In this document: in pieces, positions 11,871-20,000 of the stretch
Layout of the letters: each line of letters starts with the position of its first letter
Position numbering within the stretch: the stretch's first letter is position 1
From: Welwitschia mirabilis
Lineage: Eukaryota
Direction of reading: 5' to 3'
Length of the DNA stretch: 20,000 bases
Assembly: GCA_051453625.1 (NCBI GenBank)
Contig: JBOZIK010000001.1
Location: 3,194,777-3,214,776 of the forward strand
The notes under the pieces: generated by a model
What the model saw: the letters and a program-made list of their open reading frames with translations, nothing else
Told to the model about the DNA's origin: nothing
Databases searched by the model: none
Translations under genes and position numbers: made by a program

Positions 11871-12170
11871 AATTTGGTTTTACATTTGATATTTGAGCAA
11901 GAATAAGCCTTAGCTATAGATCTAGTTATACAAAAATGGTTTTATATTCTGGTGACAAAGCAACATTACACTTTTTAAGTATTAAAAAGTGGACATTACA
12001 TTTTTGGTATTAGAGTGAATTTGGGGTTTTCAACTATAGAAAATTTGGGTGTTACATTTTGATATCAGAGTAAAGAAATAAATGAAGTTTTTAGCTGATA
12101 AAATTTTGAACATTACAATTTGGTATGAGAGCTACATGAAGTTTCTAAGTTTGAAATTTTGGATATTATA
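11871..12170 (+). repeat. Tandem array of LTR-3'-end + tRNA-iMet PBS-like units
   Basis: Six TTA(C/T)A-[T]n-TGGTATCAGAGC-like units, e.g. GGGTGTTACA-TTT-TGATATCAGAGT (12047-12071) and ACATTACA-ATT-TGGTATGAGAGC (12110-12132), then a final LTR-end-like unit without PBS. Confidence 0.7.
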
Positions 12171-12876
12171 CTTTGCCTCTCAAATTATTATACAATTAGA
12201 ACAATTATTTTTATAAGTAAGACTTACACAAAGAAATGATAATAAACCTTTTATTATATCTTATGTAAGTAAATATGTTACTAGTTCTTAACTTAATTAT
12301 ACTACCACTAAAAAATAGTTTTTTGTTGTAATTTTTTTCTTTAAAAAAGTCTATTTTTAACTTGTTAGATAAATAGTTATTATCTTTATTAATTATGTTA
12401 CTCTTAGATATCTTGAAAATAAAAAATATGTTCAATATTACTTGATTAGATGCATGTTTTTATTATAGGAGTTTGATGTTGAAATTAAAGATGACACAAG
12501 AGATAAAAACTTACTCACTAATCATCCTTCTCATCTTTCTTAGATTGATGACTTATCTTTTTCATTAATGATTATTATTTATATGAGAAAATTTATGCTT
12601 TTATTATGCACTTGGGTGTGATTCTTATGCTAATGATATTGTCTCATAATCTTGTCAAAAAATAAAGACATAAAATCCTCTTATATGAAAGTATTTATTG
12701 AAAGAACCTTTTGCATATAAATACTACCTTGATCACATCCTTAGATGAAGTATTTATTATTAGGAGGTAATGGATGCATTAGATTTATACTATACGAAGT
12801 TTATAAGGATTATTGTTCTACTAGAAAAGTTGTTGCTAAATTGATATAAAATGGCTTATATTAATTTATGATCTTT
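12171..12876 (+). pseudogene. pol: Athila-type RNase H and integrase Zn-binding domain remnant
   Basis: LNYTTTKK*FFVVIF; LRYLENKK..YLIRCMFLL*EFDVEIKDDTRDKNLLTNHPSHL (cf. RLIRWILLLQEFDLEIKDKKG.ENLVADHLSRL); EPFAYKYYLDHILR; STRKVVAKLI*NGLY*FMIF (cf. KTAAKILQSGFYWPTLF). Confidence 0.9.
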
Positions 12877-13211
12877 TTCATACATTGGCTTATTTCATTG
12901 GCTTATATTCTTAGATTTTTTTATAGTTAATAGTCCCATAATTATTATTTTATACATTGGCTTATTTCATTTAATTGCTCATTTTGGAAAATTCCAATGA
13001 GTTGTGTATTTAAATTTGAAATTATTTTGAATAGAGATGCTTAATGTCTAGAGTTATTATTTTTAAGTGTTAAAGAATATCTTGAATTGTAATTATTATT
13101 ATGTTTAGGGAATATTTTATTACTGCTGTTAATGTTTTATTTATTATTTGTTAATTATGATAAGCATTATTATTATTTATTATTTACCCAATGACTTGGT
13201 AAGGTAATAAA

Positions 13212-13343
13212 ACCACTTCCACCACCTCCACCACTTCTACCACATCCCTTGCATCACTTCCACTATTTGCACCACTTCCACCACCTCCACCACTTCTACC
13301 ACATCCCTTGTGTCACTTCCACTATCCTCACCACTTCCACCAC
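13212..13343 (+). repeat. 59-bp tandem repeat (2.2 copies) built from 9-bp ACCACTTCC subunits
   Basis: Units start at 13212, 13271 and 13330. Confidence 0.95.
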
Positions 13344-13349
13344 TCTCTT

Positions 13350-14350
13350 ACTTGGTGCGCTTTCACATCCTATACTTTCTATTATAAATAGGACCTTCCT
13401 CTTCTCATATTTCACATTTTGGGGAAGTTATTACTATTGAATCTTGTGATCTTAATCTTAAAGCTTAGAAAAGCCTAGGAACCTTAGAATATTTATGAGA
13501 TATTAAGTTTCATCTTAGAATTGATATGATTTTATGATAGTTCCTCTAATTCTTATATGATTTTATGACATATCATTTTATTTCTTGTATGGTTTATGAA
13601 CTTCCATCTATTTCTTGTATGTTCCAATTAATTCTTGCATCTTTTACATGTTTCATGTAAGTATTTTTCTTACACATATAATATCTTAGCAGTGATTTCA
13701 ATTCCAACCTTTAATTTTTGCTAAGTGATCAAATTATATGGCTTCATGGGCTGGCCACCTAAAAGGCTCCCATTGGCCATGGAAGTGAGATTTCAAAGTG
13801 ATCAGGGTGATGTTTATGACCCATCCAATTGTGCATGATATGATGTCTTATGGCTTTAGGGGGTTGTCCTAACTAAAGTGTTCCTATTAGCCATAGAAAT
13901 GAACCTCTAAATAAATGGGTATTTTTGACACTCTTCTGATAAAGCATTCTATTCACCATGTATTATTGGATTACCGAGACTTGGATATGTATTTGGATTA
14001 TTGTATCTTGTATGAGGTTTTAGTTGCATATGAATTTCTTGAAGATCCTATCTTAAGCTTGAAAAACCTCCTTATCTAAAACCTTGTCATGGACCATATT
14101 GGGAACTGTGAAGGTTGCATTTCTCACACTATGCTTATGTGTGTAGGACCTAGCATGAGGATGATCTTTGGATAAGCCAGCTGTTGAAGTTTGGATTGAA
14201 TGTTATATTCATATGTGTTACCTAGATTTATGCATGTAGTAGAATGATTTCGAGGTCCTAATATTTTGTATTAATTTGTGATAAAAAATTTCTTATTTAG
14301 ACTACTTCAAGATTATGAATTTATCTTGAATTGAAGAATTCGAATGATTA
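13350..14350 (+). mobile_element. LTR remnant A', diverged relative of remnant A (Tekay/Del-like)
   Basis: TATAAATAG at 13383-13391 and following leader align with 10192-10340. CATATTGGGAACTGTG at 14095-14110. Two hairpin repeats at 13738-13780 and 13849-13895. Boundaries approximate. Confidence 0.5.
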
Positions 14351-14949
14351 TATATTTGTAATACTACAAAATTATGATATGAAGTGTGGTTTTATGCAGA
14401 ATGTCTATTTTTATTTAACTTCTTAAATATTTGTTGAAATAAAGGAATAAGTGCTTAATAGGCAATTAAGTAGAGGTTCTAATAGAGAGAATTCATATTG
14501 GATTTTATTTTTATACAATATACATATTTAAAAAGACCTAAACTTAATGATTAAAAGGGAACTTTAGTGATCTTTTTAGTTTGAATATGTTTTTGTAAAG
14601 TAAATCATAATTATAATGAGCCCTAATAGGTAATGATAAAATGTATCTGCATAGAATCAAACCCATAAAATTCTACTTACCCCACCTCCTTCTTAACTAT
14701 TACACCAACGATCGCGTCTTGAAAAAAAAAACTGTTACAAATGCATTTAAGCTTTTAGTACTAGTTTAAGAATTATTATTATCATTTAAAATAAAAAGTA
14801 GCGATTTAGAACTGAACCTGCATCATTGTTTTAACAGAGTAACTTTCTTATCACTCCACTAGCAAAAGCATACATTAAATAAAAGAAATGGCTTATTTAA
14901 AATTAAACTTTTATTTTATTGTAAATAACACACAATTAATTTTCTTGTA

Positions 14950-15200
14950 AGCTTGTGTGTATCCCTTTTCTTCTTTCTGCATGGTCAAATTTCTTCCTAG
15001 TCCTCATATTCCTCTCAGCCACTTTTATTGCATTTTTGCGTACACACCTTCATCATAAAATCTTAAATGCAGTTACTTTTTACAATGCAATCTTATTTGT
15101 ACATTATCTTTTTCTCTTCTACACCTTCTAATCCAACATTTTCCATTTTCTTGTGCATTAGTTGACTATCCCTCCTAAAGAAATGCATTCTTCTCCTTAT
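14950..15200 (-). pseudogene. Possible CACTA/EnSpm TnpA-like fragment, duplicate copy
   Basis: Homologous to 11200-11470. Reads DFMMKVCTQK..VAERNMRTRKKFDH..RKG with frameshifts. Confidence 0.35.
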
Positions 15201-15600
15201 TAGAATCAATAATCATCTTTGTATTTATTATAACTTTAAAGGTTTCAAAGTGTAACTTTCAGATAGTATTTTTGTAAATATGAGCTTAATCCATACCCTT
15301 TAAGTTAAACCTAGATGTTTCCAATAAAAAACATACTCTATTTTATCATTTTCAGATGTTTCCATTTACAATTTCTAATTCTTTTTTTTATTTTAAATGT
15401 TAGAAATGGCTTAAACATAAGTTGATAATGGGCTTTTCATGGATCTAAGCTTAATCTGTGCCATTAAGGATGGGTGTTTTCAATAAAAAACATACTCTAT
15501 TTTATTAGTTTCAAACATTTTAAATTACTATTGCCATTTGATGAGGGAACAATATAAAATAGTTTAAATTACTTAAGTAATTTATTTCAATGATTAACTT

Positions 15601-15902
15601 AAATTGGATTTTACATTTGATCTTGAAGTAAGAATAAGCGTTAGCTATAGATCTAGTTATATAGATATTGTTTTATATTTTGGGCAACAAAGCAACATTA
15701 CATTTTTTGGGTATTAAAAAGTGGACATTACATTTTTGGAATTAGAGCAAATTTGAGTTTTTTAACTACAGAAAACTTGAGTGTTACATTCTGATATCAT
15801 AGTGAAGAGCTAAATGAATTTTTTAACTGATAAAATTTTGAACATTACAATTTGGTATTAGAGCTACATGAAGTTTCTAAGTGTGAAATTTCAAGCATTA
15901 TA
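15601..15902 (+). repeat. Duplicate of the LTR-end/PBS(iMet) array
   Basis: e.g. ACATTACA-TTTT-TGGAATTAGAGC, GTGTTACA-TTC-TGATATCATAGT, ACATTACA-ATT-TGGTATTAGAGC. Confidence 0.7.
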
Positions 15903-16647
15903 CTTTGCCTTTCAAAGTATTATGCAATTAGAGTAATTATTTTTAGAAGTAACACTTATACAAAAAAATGATAATAAACCTTTTGTTATATCTTATGTAA
16001 GTAAATATGTTACTAGACTACCACTAAAAAATAGTTTCTTGTTGTAATTTTTTCTTTATAAAAATTACATTCTTAACTTCTTAGATAAATAGTTATTATC
16101 TTTATTAATTATGTTACTCTTAGATATCTTGAAAATAAAAAATATGTCCAACATTACTTGATTAGATGCATGTTTTTATTATAGGAGTTTGATGTTGAAA
16201 TTAAAGATGACATAAGAGATAAAAACTTACTCACTAATCATCCTTTTCATCTTTCTTAAATTGATGACTTATCTTTTTCATTAATGATTATTATTTATAT
16301 GAGTAACTTTATGCTTCTATTATGCACTTTGGTGTGATTCTTATGCTAATGACATTGTCTCATAATCTTTATAAAAAATAAAGACATAAATTCATCTTAT
16401 ACGAAAGTATTTAAAGAACCTTTTGTGTATAAATACTATCTTGATTACATCCTCAGATGAAGTATTTATTATTATGGGGTAATGAATGTATTAGATTTCT
16501 ACCATATGAAGTTTACAAAGATCATTATTCTACTAGAAGAGTTGTTACTAAATTGATACAAAATGGCTTATATTGATTTATGATCTTTAAAGTTGCTACT
16601 CGAATTTTTATGATATATAAATTTATTTAATACGACATAATTATAGT
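15903..16647 (+). pseudogene. pol: Athila-type RNase H and integrase remnant, duplicate copy, running into the gap
   Basis: LPFKVLCN*SNY..EVTLIQKNDNKPFVISYVSK (cf. LPFELMCDASDYAVGAVLGQ..DKKP.VIYYASK), the same downstream motifs as copy 1, and a continuation IFKVA (cf. LFKDA) past the copy-1 breakpoint. Confidence 0.9.
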
Positions 16648-16657
16648 NNNNNNNNNN
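16648..16657. other. Assembly gap (10 N) flanked by a short TA run
   Basis: Run of N. The sequence type changes across it. Confidence 1.
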
Positions 16658-17259
16658 CCCTATATATATATGGTTAATGACATATTACATTTCTTATTAG
16701 TTTACTATTTTCTTATTTTCTATTTACTTCATATTTATAAGTTAATTTGCTATCATCAACTAGGTCTTTATAATATAGTATCAAAGAAATAAAAAAGATT
16801 AGGTTTGATATAGACGTATTAGATTCTTTATAACATTTGGATTAAATATTTTTTTTCTTTTGTGGAAATTTAAAGAAGCAATTTTTTATTTTAAGATCTC
16901 TTCTATTTTCCTTTTTTCTATTCTTCTTTTTTTTCTTTCTTTCTTTCTTTCCTTTTCTCTGTTTTTATATCTAGCATTTTGAAAATATTCATATCCTATT
17001 CTTTCATATTTTTTATAGTGATTTTTGTACTAAATTTTAATTTTGGAAGCTATTATTTATTATAAATTAATTCCTACATCTCTAGAAGAATTAAAGGAGG
17101 AAGAAGGATGAAGATTAAATTAAGAATGGTGCAAAATGTAGTGATTTTACTTTAGAAAATGTTATTCTATAATTGAATATTTTTGGAATTATCATATATC
17201 AAGTTAACTGTCATACATAATAGTTGAACATCATATGCTAGATTTATACATACTATGTA

Positions 17260-17733
17260 AAAGTTTGACTTAATATGTTAGAGCATTAAATATTAGATCA
17301 TCATACATATAGGCTTGATAATAAGAGCTTAGTTAATCCGGTTAGATATGTGTAAGATTGATATGTCCAAGCTTAATATGTTTGAGCTTGATTTTTGTAG
17401 GCTATTCAAACTTCATGTGTTCATGATGAATATTTCTAAGCTTGATATATCTAAGTGTGATACATTTAATATTAATATTCCAATCTTAATATAACCAAAA
17501 AAGGTTGGACAACATACATTAGACTTGATATAGTTGCAAAAAATTACATGTCATATGCTATGCTTGATGCATTTTTAAAAGTGGGGCATGATATGATAAA
17601 CTTATTTAGCCATCAAATTTGTGGTGTTATATGTTGGGCTTAATACACCTATCAAATTTGAATATAATACATTAAGCTTGATATTATTCAAGCTTGATAT
17701 AAATAAGTTTGATATAAGTTAAGCTTAATATAG
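17260..17733 (+). repeat. Degenerate ~15-bp minisatellite, consensus (T/C)AAGCTTGATATG/ATT
   Basis: e.g. taagattgatatgtc-caagcttaatatgtt-tgagcttgatttttg (~17353-17397) and taagcttgatattatt-caagcttgatataaa-taagtttgatataagt-taagcttaatatag (~17673-17733). Confidence 0.8.
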
Positions 17734-18897
17734 TGTTTACACTTAAAAAATTTTACATATTTATTCCCTAAACCTTAGTAAATTAATTATAGGTCATTGT
17801 TGCACTGCTAATTTATGGTTATTTGATGTAGTTTTATGAGTTGTTTTGTTGGACTTTTATACAGGTTTAAGTGCAATTCTGAGAATTTTGAAGATATAAG
17901 AGGAAACCTCAGAAAAGTGTGATTCTTTTTAAATTTGATGTATTAAAGGAACTTTCTAATTCATAGAGCTTTGAAGAAGAATTAATGATAAAAATGATAA
18001 AGTTTTCTTTAAGGAAATAATCAAAGAAGACCATCATCCCCTTCATCATCCCCACTATAGGCAGGATGATGACTGCTGATGTGGACTAATAAATCATTGA
18101 TGAGTCATCGATCTAAGCCATATTTTATAATGTGCTGTTATCCCCCTTATCAGCTGGATGATATTCTATCTGGATGATAGTATAGACGAAACTAACATGT
18201 AACTGACTCTGACAACTACCCTTGACTGTTTTATCCATTTCTGAGTTGTAAAGGAGCGCGTATTTTCACCCCTATCATTTGTATTTTTCTGATGTATGTT
18301 GTTATAAATAAACCTCTCTTCGATTCTCTTTCTCATCTTTATTACACTAGAAATCCTTGTGATAGGAGGTCAAAGTACAAGAGATCCATCTTGAGCATTG
18401 TAGAAAGATGTGCACTTGGTGGAGGGTTGTGTATTCTTCATTGAGACTTGGCTATTTTGTAACCAAGATGCTTATTACTCTTTCTTAATATAAATTTTGT
18501 TTTACTTTTACATTTGCATTGTAAATTTTTTGATAATCCTTATAGTCTATGTTGCCCTTGATCTGGTAATAATTTCTTGGGTGAAATAGATTATCAAGGG
18601 CAACCTTTGTTAAGGCTGAAAGTAAGTAGAGTTTGTTCATTTTTCATTCATCTAGATTAGTTGCACTTTACATTTGTATTACATTCCTTTATTTCTTTAC
18701 ATTGTTATTTATTTCTAGTTTCTATATTCCATTTTACAAATCAACCTAAGTCTCATCTCATAGATCTCAACATGAATAGGATATTTCGAGTCTACTCCCA
18801 CTCATATTAGTGTAATTATTATGTAAGATACTTATTTTAGTTATAAATGATAGGATCTCTTTGAATATCAAATCTTGCACAAATACACATCGCAACA
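17734..18897 (+). mobile_element. Complete 5' LTR (1164 bp) of a second Athila-like gypsy element
   Basis: Inverted termini TGTT...AACA, TATAAATA at 18303-18310 followed by a CT-rich tract, and a PBS 3 bp downstream. Starts abruptly where the minisatellite stops. Confidence 0.75.
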
Positions 18898-18900
18898 TCT

Positions 18901-18918
18901 TGGTACCATTACCAAGGA
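18901..18918 (+). promoter_or_regulatory. Degenerate primer-binding site (tRNA-Asp type, Athila)
   Basis: TGGTACCATTACCAAGGA versus TGGCGCCGTTGCCGGGGA. All 6 mismatches are C>T or G>A. Confidence 0.8.
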
Positions 18919-19389
18919 AGTCTAAGGAGTACAAGGGTTGTCATTATTTGGGTGAGTATATCAGACCTCTGTTCAGTTATTTGTCTATGTGGTGTTGTAT
19001 TTTATTAGGAGCTATAGGTTTTCTGTGTGCTATTTTTCAGTTTCAAATTTTTTCGGTTTCGGTATTCTATAAAAATAAAGTGGTCATCCCCTTTTTCATC
19101 CCCATGACAGTCAAGATAATAGTGTGCTATTTTTACTTTTGGTTTTATTGTTGGATTGTAATTTTTTTGAAATAAATTAGTTTCTATAATCTCTTATGAT
19201 GTTCAGACAACCAGGAGAACAACAATCCTATTTTCTATGTTTTTTACTTTCTATTTTGATTACGATTCTATTTCTATTTTTCTGTTTTCTGTGTGTGTCA
19301 TCCCTTCTGTTGTCCCCATGATAGACAGGATGATGGTCTATTATTTTTGATCTATTTTATATTGTTTGCTATTTGCAGGACGCTGTAAT

Positions 19390-20000
19390 ATGGTTAATAT
19401 TATAAAGAAATATTAAAGAGAATTACTGCTAATAAAAAAGAACATCAAAGAAGAACTGGTGAATATAGAAAACAAATCAGAAAAGATATCTCCAGGTGCA
19501 CTTAAATCTCCTTCTAAATTTATTTTTTCTAAGTCATATTTTCTTAATAAAAACCCTATAGAAAGAGAGAATCAATTCATAATGTCGGATGACTCTTATA
19601 AGCAAAAACAAGTCATAGAATCTTCTACCCCTAATGCAAACCTTACTATGAGGAAATTATTAGCAAATAAGAGAAATTCAAACATCTTTTGACCTACTCC
19701 TAGGAGATGATGTCAAGCTTAAAAATTTAATGCCTACCCAACTTTTAGTGGAGAAGATGATGAAGATACCGTTCAACACATTGGAGACATTAAACAACTT
19801 ATCCTTACCCCAGGAAATGGGAAGGAAAAAATAATGAATAGAACATATATGGTAATCTTTCCCATGACATCAAAGGGTAGGGCAAAACTTGGGCTAAATA
19901 CTATACTCCACAAAAGCTTGAAAACATGGGATCAATTCTAGAAAACATTTATAAAGAGATTCATGAGTGAAGAAACCATGAGAAAAAGAAAAAAATAGGT
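19390..20000 (+). pseudogene. gag: gag remnant of the second Athila-like element, continuing beyond the window
   Basis: NLTMRKLL (~19640), YPTFSGEDDEDTVQHIGDIKQL (~19735), IFPMTSKGRAKLGLNTILHKSLKTWDQF*KTFIKRF (~19855-19962; Retrotrans_gag pattern LFPFSL...AK.WL..L...SI.TW..L...FL..F). The start is a guess at the ATG after a pyrimidine-tract/CAG acceptor. Confidence 0.88.

Larger units (their letters stand above)
11035..12876 (+). repeat. Copy 1 of a ~1.8 kb direct duplication (partner 14805-16588)
   Basis: Collinear alignment by eye over the whole length: 47/60 identical at 11101-11160 and 232/240 at 12361-12600. Confidence 0.97.
14805..16588 (+). repeat. Copy 2 of a ~1.8 kb direct duplication (partner 11035-12876)
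   Basis: Same alignment. Carries a 16-bp deletion near 16017 relative to copy 1. Confidence 0.97.

Noticed and set aside
12211..12435. 74-aa minus-strand ORF
   Set aside because: Antisense shadow of the RNase H remnant. The duplicate copy has a 16-bp deletion here.
13249..13440. His-rich 63-aa ORF resembling a metal-binding peptide
   Set aside because: It is the translation of the ACCACTTCC repeat, starts at TTG, and overlaps an LTR TATA region.
11035..16588. The two 1.8 kb direct repeats as the paired LTRs of one element
   Set aside because: They contain pol coding remnants, lack TG..CA termini, and have no flanking PBS, PPT or TSD. An assembly artefact is unlikely given their divergence.

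Overview
This is very AT-rich eukaryotic DNA, most likely from a land plant, with two assembly gaps (3381-4372, 16648-16657). It contains no intact host gene or RNA gene and consists of nested, heavily deaminated retroelements. (1) An ancient Athila-type Ty3/gypsy element is scattered across the window: LTR end and tRNA-Asp PBS at 1-468, gag at ~1190-2530 resuming at 9148, then protease and RT remnants to ~10045, and RNaseH-integrase remnants further right. (2) A near full-length decayed L1-clade LINE (2531-9140; DUF4283/zinc-knuckle ORF1, EN-RT-zf-RVT ORF2) interrupts that gag, with a recoverable candidate target-site duplication. (3) There are two Tekay/Del-like LTR remnants. (4) A ~1.8 kb composite block is present twice (11035-12876, 14805-16588) and contains an unusual tandem array of 'LTR 3' end + tRNA-iMet PBS' junctions. 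(5) A 15-bp minisatellite follows. (6) A second Athila-like element begins at 17734 (1164-bp LTR, PBS, gag). All protein calls come from manual translation and recalled family motifs, not database searches. I see no evidence of a functional novel system; the PBS-junction array is the most unusual structure.
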